Below are positions 31,647-41,150 of a stretch of DNA of 64,000 nucleotides, in pieces (within the stretch, counting starts at the first letter, position 1; each line of letters opens with the position of its first letter). The notes under the pieces were generated by a model that worked only from the letters and a program-made list of their open reading frames with translations, did no database searches and had not been told where the DNA came from. Made by a program: the position numbers and the translations under genes. Source of the stretch: an uncultured Gammaproteobacteria bacterium (GTDB lineage Bacteria > Patescibacteriota > Microgenomatia > CAZTEW01); the NCBI GenBank assembly GCA_964612215.1, contig CAZTEW010000001.1, positions 12,432 to 76,431 of the forward strand, in the 5' to 3' direction.

Positions 31647-32091
31647 TTAATTTTCTCTCCCGGCCTTGACCTTCAGAACGGGTGGTAACGCCGGGATGAT
31701 CGGCCAAAACTAGATGGATGACTCTTCTTTCGGCGGCATTCAGGGCCGGTATCGTAACTGGCTTTTGAGAAAACTTAACTCTTTGGGCGGCGGCTAAAGC
31801 CATGGTTTTCAGCTGTTCTTCACGTTTCTCTTGCCAGCCGGCAATATCGACGAGTAAGCGCTGCCAAACACCGGATTTCTTATAGACGATCAGATTAAGC
31901 ATCAGTTGAAAGGCATAAAGATTTTCGCCATGAAAACCAATTAAGACCCCAGAGTCCTGAGTTTCAATTGAGAGTTTAAGCTGACCATCGCTAATTTTTT
32001 CCAGGCTGATTGCCGGCGCTTCAATTTTCAGAAGCTGCAGCAGCTCCTGAGCAGTTTGTTGAGTAATGGTTTCTAGGTTTGCTTCGACCAT
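31600..32091 (-). CDS. jag: Jag/KhpB (KH + R3H) RNA-binding protein
   Basis: LIGFHGENL KH motif; ERRVIH R3H; SEGQGRER. Confidence 0.9.
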   Translation of the reverse strand: MVEANLETITQQTAQELLQLLKIEAPAISLEKISDGQLKLSIETQDSGVLIGFHGENLYAFQLMLNLIVYKKSGVWQRLLVDIAGWQEKREEQLKTMALAAAQRVKFSQKPVTIPALNAAERRVIHLVLADHPGVTTRSEGQGRERKLIIEPRADQQSDLLLP

Positions 32092-32768
32092 TGGGAAAAG
32101 AACTGTTGCTGAATAATGGAAAAAAGAGTCGTGGCTACCCAGTAAAGAGCCAAACCAGAGGGCAGCTTAACAGAGATTAAAATTGTCATTAAAGGCATCA
32201 TCAGGTTCATTTGTTTCTGCATGGCCGTCGCCATATCTTCTTTCTTGGCTGATTTTTTCTTAATTTGAGGCGGTGATGGCAGTGGCATGATTTTCACGAG
32301 AAAAAACTGAGAGAGACCGGCGAAAACAGGCAAGACATAATAAGGGTCTGGCTGGGCTAAGTTTAACCAAAGAAATTCCATGTTGACCTGAGTGTTGTCG
32401 ATCATCCCAGTTTGGATAAAGTTGGCAAAGACCCGGTAAAGAGCAATCAGAACCGCGAACTGCAGCAGAAAAGGGAGACAGCCAGCCGCCGGATTAAGGT
32501 TATACTGGCGGTAAAGTTTAAGTTGTTCTTGTTGAAGCCTCCTTTTGTCTTGATATTTTTCCTTGAGTTTTTCTAATTCCGGCTGCAAATCCTTGAGACG
32601 TTGACTGGAGCGGAGAGTGGGTAAAATTAAAGGGATTAAAAGACTGCGAATCAGAATGGTGATGGTAATAATGGCCCAGCCGAAATTATTACCCAGGGCC
32701 TTATAGAAAAAGATCAGGCCTTGTAAGATGGGTTGATAGAATAGTGAATTCCAGAGGCTTGACATCAT
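32073..32768 (-). CDS. yidC: membrane protein insertase YidC
   Basis: NPAAGCLP, QFAVLI, FLWLNLAQPDP, PSGLALYW. Confidence 0.93.
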   Translation of the reverse strand: MMSSLWNSLFYQPILQGLIFFYKALGNNFGWAIITITILIRSLLIPLILPTLRSSQRLKDLQPELEKLKEKYQDKRRLQQEQLKLYRQYNLNPAAGCLPFLLQFAVLIALYRVFANFIQTGMIDNTQVNMEFLWLNLAQPDPYYVLPVFAGLSQFFLVKIMPLPSPPQIKKKSAKKEDMATAMQKQMNLMMPLMTILISVKLPSGLALYWVATTLFSIIQQQFFSQWSKQT

Positions 32769-33502
32769 TTCTTTGCCGCCGCTTCTTTTTCTGCCGGAGA
32801 CGACTGTTTCCCTTTTTCTTCCTTTTTAGCTTCTTCGGCCTTTGGCTGGGCTTTCTTTTCCCCGGCGTCAGCAGCAACCCCTTCAGGTGCCGCCAGCGTC
32901 TCTTTGGCTTCCGGCTGAGGTTGAACTACGGCTTCTTCTTTTTCCGGAGGCGCAATTCTGGCAACAACCTCATTGGCAGCGGTGAGGATTTTTATTTTTC
33001 TTTGGTCAACATCAATGTCTTTGACCCGCACCATATCATCAACCTTTTCTAATTGATCAACGTTAACGATGATTTTCTCTGGCAGGTCAGCAGGTAGGGC
33101 TTCAACCTCAAGGTTATCAAGAATAGTCATCAGAATACCCACGCCGCTTTTTTCGGCCGGCGCTTCGCCAACAAGTTCGACTGGCACTTCAACCGTGGTT
33201 TTTTCCGTCAGACTAATCTGGCGGAAATCAGCATGAAGCGGCAAATCAGTGACCGGGTCGAGCTGAACATTGTGGATCAAGCCGGGACGGGTTTTACTTT
33301 CACCGCTAACTTTTATCTCGACCACGCCGGTTTCGCCTACTTCTTGGTAGACAGCCTTGAAGGCTTTTAAATCAACCTGAACCGCAGTTGATTTTATTTT
33401 TTTACCGTAAATATTAGCCGGGAGAATATTCTCAGCGCGGAGTTTTTTGACCTGCTTGCCTTGAACTTTTCTTTTTTGAACTTCAAGTTGCGGTTTTTTC
33501 AT
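32765..33502 (-). CDS. rplY: 50S ribosomal protein L25/Ctc
   Basis: LPANIYG, LHADF, EVEALPADLP. Confidence 0.93.
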   Translation of the reverse strand: MKKPQLEVQKRKVQGKQVKKLRAENILPANIYGKKIKSTAVQVDLKAFKAVYQEVGETGVVEIKVSGESKTRPGLIHNVQLDPVTDLPLHADFRQISLTEKTTVEVPVELVGEAPAEKSGVGILMTILDNLEVEALPADLPEKIIVNVDQLEKVDDMVRVKDIDVDQRKIKILTAANEVVARIAPPEKEEAVVQPQPEAKETLAAPEGVAADAGEKKAQPKAEEAKKEEKGKQSSPAEKEAAAKK

Positions 33503-35262
33503 CGACTTAAATTAACTGAAAATAAGCGGTCTTTCAGTAAGTCTGTATTATATAAGATTGACTGGGGTCCGGTCAAGGCTTGGGGAGAAATTTGGCTTGC
33601 CTGGTAAGTTTTCGGGTAGCGAATCAGAACCACGAGCGGGTCTTGAGAAACCCCGGGCTGTTTTTGGAATAAAAGAGAATAACTGAGACTGCTAGCGGCA
33701 GTAAAAGGCAGTTGATAATTGATTTTTACTTTTCTTTTTTCAGCTGGCGGGACTTCAACCAGAAAACCAAAAACTTTTTTTTCTGACTCCTGAAGGTGAT
33801 CGACTTTTTCCAGGTCCAAAACTTGATCGTCAATGAAAACGCTGAGTAGCTGGCTTTGAAGAGGCGTATAAACTCGCAGATAATTTTTATAAGTCCCGCC
33901 GGGCCAGGTTTGCGTCGGACTGTCATTCTGATAATCAATGGTCAGGGTTTCCTCAATGGTTTCTTTAATTTCAACTTGATGAGTGAAGCTTCTTTGTAAA
34001 AAAAAGTTAGTTTTGTTAACACCGAAATTACTTTCTACCACCATTAAGTAGTCTTCCAGGCAAGATTCCCCAAGCGGTCGATTAATTGACACACAGTGAT
34101 GATTGGCCAGCAGTCGGCCGTCCCAGCCGTAATCACTGATGATACTCATGACTTTCTGGTCGTTAAGTTGAATCAGAATTTGTTTTTCTTCCAGACCGGA
34201 GAGAAGCGGCGCGGCCAGTTTTAAGAAATTATCTCCATTTTTGATTTTCTCAAAAAGCTGACGGGTGAGGCTGCTGAGAAAGTCTTTTTTCTGGGTTGAA
34301 CCCGGAAAAAAACCAACTTCGCTGTGATATTCAGCCCGTTCAAAAAGATTGTGAGCGCTGATCGCTTCCTGATAATCCGGCAATTCAACCGAACCAATGG
34401 CCTGGAGGATTTTTTCAATCACTAAAAGATTAACCGCAATAACGCCGTCGACAGACTGACCAGTTTCTTTTTGCAAGAACCAGGCTGCTTTTTCAGCGGT
34501 GCGGGGAAAGTCAGGATCAAAATTGCTGTCGCGCAAATACCAGCCAGCTTCGCCGAGGTATTTTTTAATCGCTGCTGGCGGTTCAACATGGCCGCGAAGC
34601 TGGCCATCAGCTTCGTAAACATCTTGAACCTGAAAATCCAGCAGCTGGCCGTTTTGAAAAGTAGCTAAAGCAAAGGAGCCGATGAAGCCGCCAGTGGGCC
34701 TCAGTTCCATGTTGTTTTGGAGAAGGAAAAGATAGGTTTTGCGGCTGGTCGCCGCGAAAATTTCCGGCGTAACCGAGAGCAGTTTTTTACCGATTTCAAT
34801 TTTTTGCCGCAGAGAGCCGGTATCAATGAGGGGCACTTTCTTTAGTTTTGCTTCCAGCAGAGAGAGCTCTTTCCAAGCCAGACCGAGATTGTCCTCGGCT
34901 TCTTGAGCATATTTAGTCAGGCTGCCTTGTTCCCGGCCAAAAATTAAATAATCGACTCTGGTAAGGCTGGCGCCGGTTCTGGCCAAATAAAAGGCAGTTT
35001 GAGAAAGAGATTCGCCGACTTCAACCCAGTCTTGAACTTGAAAGGCTTTGCCCAAAAAGGGAAAAAGAGCTAAGGTTTTCTTAGCTTCTTGGAAAGACAG
35101 AGTGGCTTCTTCGGCCAGGGCTTGGCTGCGGCTAAAATCAGCCGCTAAAAGAGCTGTTTGGGTTTTCTCCAGGCCTTTCTTGCCCTGCCAAAGATAAAAA
35201 ATAAAGCTCAAGATCACCGCGAGAATCATCAGGAAAATCGAAAAAAAGAAAGCTTTTTTCAC
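33499..35262 (-). CDS. DUF4012-like membrane-anchored protein
   Basis: LQNNMELRPTGGFIGS, RDSNFDPDFP, VDGVIA, NKTN, QKQPG. Confidence 0.8.
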   Translation of the reverse strand: MKKAFFFSIFLMILAVILSFIFYLWQGKKGLEKTQTALLAADFSRSQALAEEATLSFQEAKKTLALFPFLGKAFQVQDWVEVGESLSQTAFYLARTGASLTRVDYLIFGREQGSLTKYAQEAEDNLGLAWKELSLLEAKLKKVPLIDTGSLRQKIEIGKKLLSVTPEIFAATSRKTYLFLLQNNMELRPTGGFIGSFALATFQNGQLLDFQVQDVYEADGQLRGHVEPPAAIKKYLGEAGWYLRDSNFDPDFPRTAEKAAWFLQKETGQSVDGVIAVNLLVIEKILQAIGSVELPDYQEAISAHNLFERAEYHSEVGFFPGSTQKKDFLSSLTRQLFEKIKNGDNFLKLAAPLLSGLEEKQILIQLNDQKVMSIISDYGWDGRLLANHHCVSINRPLGESCLEDYLMVVESNFGVNKTNFFLQRSFTHQVEIKETIEETLTIDYQNDSPTQTWPGGTYKNYLRVYTPLQSQLLSVFIDDQVLDLEKVDHLQESEKKVFGFLVEVPPAEKRKVKINYQLPFTAASSLSYSLLFQKQPGVSQDPLVVLIRYPKTYQASQISPQALTGPQSILYNTDLLKDRLFSVNLSR

Positions 35263-35729
35263 GACTGAACCAAGGCTTTTTTCACTAAAGCATCCGCTTC
35301 TTGATTTTTTTCCCGAGGAATGTATTGGTAACGAAAACAGCCGCCAGCTTCTTGTTCTAATTGCCTGATTTTAATAGCTAAATTTCGCAGCTGGTAGTTT
35401 TTAATCTTAAAAACGCCGTTTAATTGATTAACCACCAGTTTTGAGTCGAGGTAAAATTTAATTTTTGCCACTCGCCACTTGCCACTAGCTACGAGCCAGT
35501 TTAAAGCTTCAATAACCGCGGTGTACTCGGCTACATTATTAGTAGCATAGCCAATAGGTCTGCCAAATTTATGAATTGTTTTTTCCTCATAAATTTTTAC
35601 ATTTCGCAGAAATCCCGCCTTGCGGGCTTTTTCATTTTTAATTTTTAACTTTACTATCACGCCGATAGCGGCTGGCCCGGGATTGTTGCTGGCGCCGCCG
35701 TCAGTGAAAATGGTTAAAAGATTTCTCAT
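35259..35729 (-). CDS. rnhA: ribonuclease HI family protein
   Basis: TDGGASNNPG, TNNVAEY, DSKLVVNQ, PREKNQEAD. Confidence 0.9.
   Translation of the reverse strand: MRNLLTIFTDGGASNNPGPAAIGVIVKLKIKNEKARKAGFLRNVKIYEEKTIHKFGRPIGYATNNVAEYTAVIEALNWLVASGKWRVAKIKFYLDSKLVVNQLNGVFKIKNYQLRNLAIKIRQLEQEAGGCFRYQYIPREKNQEADALVKKALVQS
35592..35632. repeat. 41-bp double-hairpin cassette in rnhA
   Basis: aatttttacatttcgcagaaatcccgccttgcgggcttttt, identical to 38890-38930. Confidence 0.92.
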
Positions 35730-36265
35730 TTTCTTATTTTATCACGATAAAAATCAGGATTGAGAAAAGGAGCCAGGCTGAAAATCACCGCGGTTTCGAA
35801 AACTAGCCTTCGGGTGATAAGGTGAGCAGTTAAAATCCCAGCCGCCCCTTCTCGCCTCCGGGTATCTTTCTGGCCAATGAATTCATCCATAACCAAGCCG
35901 AGTTCTTGGCCTTGCTTGATGCCGTTGATCACTGCCGCCGGCAGTAAAAGCCGGCCGCTGGAGCCGATGCCGATCCGGCCAGACTGATTAACCGCTGCTG
36001 CCCAGCCAGAAACAAACATTTGGCCGGCGACCTGAGTAACACAGCCTTCCAGGCCAAAAGCCAAATCAGCCTGAGTGATGATCAAAGCCTTTCTGGCTCG
36101 ATTTTTAGCGCCCCGAATTGCTTCTTCATCTGATAACGGTTGGGGTCTGATTCCAGAACTGACTGCCATGTTTATCACCTTGACCTGGGGCCAGAGGCGG
36201 CGCACCACTCTTTTCACAGCGCTAACCTTAACCGGATTGTCCGACCCGACCGCGATCTGCTTCAT
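35726..36265 (-). CDS. inosine/xanthosine triphosphatase YjjX-like
   Basis: VGSDNPVK, SGIRPQP, GAKNRA, GLEG, ELG; start inferred at MKQIAV. Confidence 0.85.
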   Translation of the reverse strand: MKQIAVGSDNPVKVSAVKRVVRRLWPQVKVINMAVSSGIRPQPLSDEEAIRGAKNRARKALIITQADLAFGLEGCVTQVAGQMFVSGWAAAVNQSGRIGIGSSGRLLLPAAVINGIKQGQELGLVMDEFIGQKDTRRREGAAGILTAHLITRRLVFETAVIFSLAPFLNPDFYRDKIRK

Positions 36266-36282
36266 GCTAAGATAATAAATTA

Positions 36283-37092
36283 ATGGCTGATCTTCGTCAA
36301 TCAATCCAATACGGCCGCTATCTTCAAGTTCTTGGTTGGCAAGCGATTAAAATTGATCACTGTCAAGTTTTTATCAAAAAAATTCCTTTACTGCCTTTTT
36401 CGATTATCAAAATTCAGCGACCAGAATTGCCGCTGCCGTTAGCAAAAATTGACAGACTGGCTAAAAAACGTCGCGTTTTTCTAATTAAACTAGAACCATT
36501 GACTATTCGCCATCACCTTTTTGCCAGATTCGGCTACCGCCGCGACTCTTGGCCACTGTTGCCAACCAAGACAGTCCAGATTGATTTAACCAAGAGCGAA
36601 AAGCAGTTATGGCAGGCAATTAATAAAAAGACAAGAAATTGCATCAAAAAAGCCCAATTCAACAATTTAACAAGAGATTATTTCTATCAAAATTTTAAAA
36701 AATTCGGCAAAGGCGATGTTCCTCAGGAAAAAGCATTTCAGGCTTTAATGGCGGCTTTTGGTCAGAATGCCTGGCTGTTGACATTTCATCCGCCCGCCTC
36801 ATCGGCGGGCTTCGCCGGAGCCCTGATTTTAATTCACGACCAAACTGCCTATTATTACTATGCTTTTACTTCGCCGGCCGGTCGTCGGGTTTTCAGTCAA
36901 CACCTGTTGGTTTGGCTAGCAATCAGGCAAGCCAAAAAAGCCGGCTGCCGGATTTTTGATTTTGAAGGCATTGCTGACCGGCGCTATCGCTTTACCCGCC
37001 AATGGCAGGGTTTTTCCCATTTTAAAAAATCCTTCGGCGGTCAAGAAATCACCTATCCCGGTTCCTTCAGCCGCTGGCGCCTACCGATTTAA
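36283..37092 (+). CDS. FemABX-family peptidoglycan peptidyltransferase
   Basis: DLRQS, TVQIDLTKSEKQLW, FDFEGI, GFSHFKKSFGG. Confidence 0.85.
   Translation: MADLRQSIQYGRYLQVLGWQAIKIDHCQVFIKKIPLLPFSIIKIQRPELPLPLAKIDRLAKKRRVFLIKLEPLTIRHHLFARFGYRRDSWPLLPTKTVQIDLTKSEKQLWQAINKKTRNCIKKAQFNNLTRDYFYQNFKKFGKGDVPQEKAFQALMAAFGQNAWLLTFHPPASSAGFAGALILIHDQTAYYYYAFTSPAGRRVFSQHLLVWLAIRQAKKAGCRIFDFEGIADRRYRFTRQWQGFSHFKKSFGGQEITYPGSFSRWRLPI
36790..36810. repeat. 21-bp hairpin cassette CCGCCCGCCTCATCGGCGGGC in FemABX gene
   Basis: Exact reverse complement at 39258-39278; variants at 27717-27733 and 37415-37433. Confidence 0.88.
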
Positions 37093-37093
37093 C

Positions 37094-40090
37094 CTATTGC
37101 CAGGCGTCGCAGAGGAGTTGGTAGGGGCAGAAATCGCAGAGCTTGCTGGGTGTGGGCAAAAATTGACTTTTCTGAATTGCTTCAGCTTTTTGGATGATTT
37201 CTTTTTTGGCACTGGTCAGTTGGATTGCGGTTCGTTGCGTGGAAAGTTTTTGCACCGGCTCGAGGAAAATGAAACTGAGAATGATTTCTTCTGGTTTTTT
37301 GCCGTAAATGCCCGAATCAGTGGCCGCCAAGGCATAAATTGTCGCTTGTAAATCTTGGTCAACTTCTTTTTGGGTTTTCGCCTTGCCGGTTTTATAATCA
37401 ATGATTTCCATTTTGCCCGCCGACGAGGCGGAGTCAATCCGGTCGATTTTGCCTCTGATTTTCAGGCTGCGGCTCAGGGGGAAAGAAAAGCCCTGTTCTA
37501 AAGCCAGAGGTTTGATGCTGGAGTCATAAAGCTTTTTATAAAAATGGCGTAAAATAGTTTTGCCCCGCAGTAGCATTTTCTTTTCATGAGCTTTTGAAGA
37601 ATAGCCTAATGGCGACCAATTTTTTTCCAGAAGAGACAGGAGTTGCTGACCAGCAGGCTGTTTGAGCCGGTAAAAGTCTCTTAGGGTTTTATGAATCGTC
37701 TCGCCAAAACTAAGGCTGGCTGAGGCTGGTGTCGGTATTCGCAAAAGATATTGATATTTATACTGCAGAGGGCAAACAGCAAAGGTGTTAATTTGAGAAT
37801 AGGAAAGAGAGCTGATAGTGATTAGCGGTTCGCCAGCTGGTCCGCCTGCCAGGCGGGCAGGTCGGACTGACGGCGCTGGTTTAAAGTCAAGAAAAGAAAG
37901 CTGATCAGCCGGTTGCTTGGCTTGACGGCCAGGCATTTCTCCTAAAGTTTCAGAGACAAACGGTGAGATTTTTTTCTTCTGCTTAGCCTCAGCGTAATAA
38001 TCGGCCGCGGTTAAAAAAAGCCGGTCTTGAGCCCGGGTCAGCCCGACATAAAACAGCCGGCGTTCTTCTTGCTGGTGATAATCGCCCTGAGGCAAAAACT
38101 CCTTGATGATTGCTTCTGGCAAGGGGATTTGTTCCGGACGCTGGGTAGTGGGGAAGCGCTGATTAACGAGATTGACTAAGAAAACGACTGGAAACTCCAA
38201 ACCCTTAGCTGAGTGGATGGTGAGGAGATTGACCGCGTCGGTTTCGCTCCAATCGACATCAGCCGCCAAAGGCGATTCACCCAGGTTGATTTTCATCTTC
38301 AACCAGTCGACGACCGGAAAAACAGAAGCGTCTTCATGGTTGCTTTCATAAGTTCTCAGCTGGTCAAAAAATTTGGCTGTGTTCAGCGCTTGACGCTCAG
38401 CCAGGGCCGTCTGGTAGCTGGTAATCGCTTTCAGCAAACCGGTTTCTTCGAGGAAGTAATAAAGAATTTGACCGCTGCTTTTCTTGGGGATTAATTTTAA
38501 ATGCCGGTGAATCATTTTAATGATTTTGCTGATTTTCTGTTGGGAGTCGAGGCTGATTCTGGGTCGGGGCCGCTGGCTTTCTTCTTGACTGACTTCTTCA
38601 CAGCCTGTAAATAAAGACAGCTGATGTTTGCGGCTGAAACTGCGGATGGCCGCTAAATCCCGGGCCGAAACCTGGAAAATATCCATGGTTAAAACTCTGA
38701 AGAAAGCGACATCATCTTCAAAATCATCAAGAACTTGAAGATAAGCGATGAGATTCTTGATTTCTGGCTGGCGCAAAAGCCGGCCCGGGCCTAAAAATTG
38801 AGAGGGAATGTCATGACGAGTTAAGGCCTGGCTAAAAGGATGAGCATGGTTATTGGCCCGGACGAGAATCGCAAAATCCGACCAACGATAATTTTTACAT
38901 TTCGCAGAAATCCCGCCTTGCGGGCTTTTTAATTTTAAATTTTTAATTTTCTTTGCCACTGCTTCTGCTTCGTTTTCGACTCGATCAAGATGGAGAAATT
39001 CAATTTTTTCGCCTTTGATTTTCCGAACAGGCATGAGTCGTTTGTTGATTTTCTCCTGAATCTCGAGCCGGTCAGGATTGTTATGTTGGATAAGTTGATA
39101 AGCGGCGTCAAGAATCGTTTTCGTCGAGCGGTAATTGCGGATCAGAGAAACGACTTTTGCTTTGGGAAAGCGTTTTCTGAACTGAAGAACATTGGCAATG
39201 GCCGCGCCGCGCCATTTGTAGATCGCCTGGTCATCGTCACACGCAACGGTAATATTGGCCCGCCGATGAGGCGGGCGGGCGAGAAGAATCGCCAGTTCGT
39301 TTTGGCTGATGTTGGTATCCTGAAATTCGTCCACCAGCAGGTATCTAAAGCGCTGCTGATATTCTCTCAGAATATATTTTCTCTTTCGGAAAAGCTGGAG
39401 GGTATTGCTGATTAGGTCACTGAAATCCATTCGACTCTCTTTGATTTTCAGCTCTTGGTATTTTTTGAAAGCCCGAGCCAGCTCAAGATATTTTCTAACT
39501 TCAGTTTTATCAATTTTGATTTTTGATTTGTCATTTTGACTTTTGACTTGCCCGCCTTGCGGGATTTCTGCGAAATGTGACTTTTGAGTTTGAGCCCAAT
39601 GAAAATATTCATTGGGCGATATATCTTCGTCACGCAAGCGATTAAAATGCTGGAGCAAACCGCCGAGGAATTTAGTCGGGTTGCCTTGGGGTCGGAAATA
39701 ATTGAGCGGCAAGTCAAAAAGATGGTTTTTCAAGAACAGCAAAGATTCAGCTTCAGTCATCAGGACGAAGCCTGGGTCTAGGCCGACATTCACCGCTTCA
39801 TCGCGCAAAACCCGGTCGCAAAAAGAATGAAAAGTCGCAATCCACATTTGGGTGTAGCCGTAAGGCATGGCCTGGTCAACCCTTTCTTCCATTTCCTGAG
39901 CGGCTTTCTCGGTGAAAGTTAGGGCCAGGATTTCTGCCGGCTTGGCAAGACCCTGATTGATCAACCACCTGATTCGTTCAGTGATGACGGTAGTTTTGCC
40001 AGTGCCAGCGCCGGCAATAATCAACAAAGGACCTTGTTTGTGTTCGACCGCTCTTTTCTGTTCTGGATTAAGAACTTTTCTGTCCGTCAC
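37094..40090 (-). CDS. UvrD/PcrA-family helicase fused to C-terminal PD-(D/E)XK nuclease
   Basis: AGAGTGKT, TFHSF, VDEFQD, TIHSAKGLEF, EERRLFYV; C-terminal GKIDRID...IIDYKTG and Cys motif CP...CDFCPYQLLC. Confidence 0.92.
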   Translation of the reverse strand: MTDRKVLNPEQKRAVEHKQGPLLIIAGAGTGKTTVITERIRWLINQGLAKPAEILALTFTEKAAQEMEERVDQAMPYGYTQMWIATFHSFCDRVLRDEAVNVGLDPGFVLMTEAESLLFLKNHLFDLPLNYFRPQGNPTKFLGGLLQHFNRLRDEDISPNEYFHWAQTQKSHFAEIPQGGQVKSQNDKSKIKIDKTEVRKYLELARAFKKYQELKIKESRMDFSDLISNTLQLFRKRKYILREYQQRFRYLLVDEFQDTNISQNELAILLARPPHRRANITVACDDDQAIYKWRGAAIANVLQFRKRFPKAKVVSLIRNYRSTKTILDAAYQLIQHNNPDRLEIQEKINKRLMPVRKIKGEKIEFLHLDRVENEAEAVAKKIKNLKLKSPQGGISAKCKNYRWSDFAILVRANNHAHPFSQALTRHDIPSQFLGPGRLLRQPEIKNLIAYLQVLDDFEDDVAFFRVLTMDIFQVSARDLAAIRSFSRKHQLSLFTGCEEVSQEESQRPRPRISLDSQQKISKIIKMIHRHLKLIPKKSSGQILYYFLEETGLLKAITSYQTALAERQALNTAKFFDQLRTYESNHEDASVFPVVDWLKMKINLGESPLAADVDWSETDAVNLLTIHSAKGLEFPVVFLVNLVNQRFPTTQRPEQIPLPEAIIKEFLPQGDYHQQEERRLFYVGLTRAQDRLFLTAADYYAEAKQKKKISPFVSETLGEMPGRQAKQPADQLSFLDFKPAPSVRPARLAGGPAGEPLITISSLSYSQINTFAVCPLQYKYQYLLRIPTPASASLSFGETIHKTLRDFYRLKQPAGQQLLSLLEKNWSPLGYSSKAHEKKMLLRGKTILRHFYKKLYDSSIKPLALEQGFSFPLSRSLKIRGKIDRIDSASSAGKMEIIDYKTGKAKTQKEVDQDLQATIYALAATDSGIYGKKPEEIILSFIFLEPVQKLSTQRTAIQLTSAKKEIIQKAEAIQKSQFLPTPSKLCDFCPYQLLCDAWQ
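38890..38930. repeat. 41-bp double-hairpin cassette in UvrD-like gene
   Basis: Identical to 35592-35632; inverted variant at 39550-39578. Confidence 0.92.
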
Positions 40091-41119
40091 CTATAAGCCT
40101 GCTTTTAGCTGTTTGTTTTCTCGGATGGACTCGGAAAGAGCTTGAGTCGAGGAGAGTTTTTGGCCGAGCAAAGAAAAGCTTTGGAGAACATGGGCAAATT
40201 GATTATAAGCATTATTAAGGTGTTTGCCTAAAACCTGAAGAACGCTGTCAGTTTTCTGATAGTCTTTTTGAATCGCTCTCAGCAGGCGAAAGACTTGACG
40301 CGATCGGGCTTCAATTTTTTGGCCCTCAAAAGAAAGCAGAACGGTTTGCAGGTGGACATAAAGAGTGTTAGGTGAAACTGGATAAACCCGCTGCTGGCGA
40401 GCATATTCAAGAAGAGAAGCATTGTTAGCCACTTCGTAAAAGACTGTCTCTGAAGGCAAATACATGAAAGCAAAGTCTAACGTTCCTTCCTCAGGCAAAA
40501 TATATTTTTTGGCGATGTCCTGGATATGTTTTTTAATGTTCTGACTGAAGGTTTTTTTGGCGGCCTGGCGGTCGGCCTTAGTTTGGCTGGTGATCATCCG
40601 CCGAAAGTTTTCCATGGGAAACTTGGAGTCAATCGGCAGGATGCCGGCTGAAGTTTTAATGGCGGCATCAACTTTTTCGCCGGACTTAAAGGAGTGCTGG
40701 AAAAAAAAGCTGCCCTTGGGAAAAGCTTCGGCAATTAAGTCTTTGAGAACCTGTTCGCCAATATTGCCCCGTAGCTTTGGTGATTGGAGGAAAACCTGAA
40801 GTTCGCGCATGCTACTGCCTAGCTCTGACATTTTCCCTACTTCCTTAGAGACTTGACCAATAAAGCGCGCGGCATTATCCAGTCTTTCATTGATGGTTTT
40901 GGTAGTTGTTTGCAGAGTGTCAGAGATATTTTTCGATTGGTCCTGAAGGCCTTTTTGCACGCCGGCAGTGCCTTTTTGAAAAATCTCCATTGCCTTGAGA
41001 AAGTTTTCATCCGGTTTAAGAGATTTGGTCAATTGCTGGAGGCGGCGGTTAATTAACCAGAAAAGCACCGCCAAAGCGGCAATGATCAGAGCGCTAATCA
41101 GATAGACTTCCTGGTTCAT
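40091..41119 (-). CDS. rmuC: DNA recombination protein RmuC
   Basis: RGNIGEQVL, PIDSKFP, KYI, FMYLPSE, VSPNT; start inferred at MNQEV. Confidence 0.9.
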   Translation of the reverse strand: MNQEVYLISALIIAALAVLFWLINRRLQQLTKSLKPDENFLKAMEIFQKGTAGVQKGLQDQSKNISDTLQTTTKTINERLDNAARFIGQVSKEVGKMSELGSSMRELQVFLQSPKLRGNIGEQVLKDLIAEAFPKGSFFFQHSFKSGEKVDAAIKTSAGILPIDSKFPMENFRRMITSQTKADRQAAKKTFSQNIKKHIQDIAKKYILPEEGTLDFAFMYLPSETVFYEVANNASLLEYARQQRVYPVSPNTLYVHLQTVLLSFEGQKIEARSRQVFRLLRAIQKDYQKTDSVLQVLGKHLNNAYNQFAHVLQSFSLLGQKLSSTQALSESIRENKQLKAGL

Positions 41120-41150
41120 TATTGTTAGTATATCATTGACAGCCAGGCCA

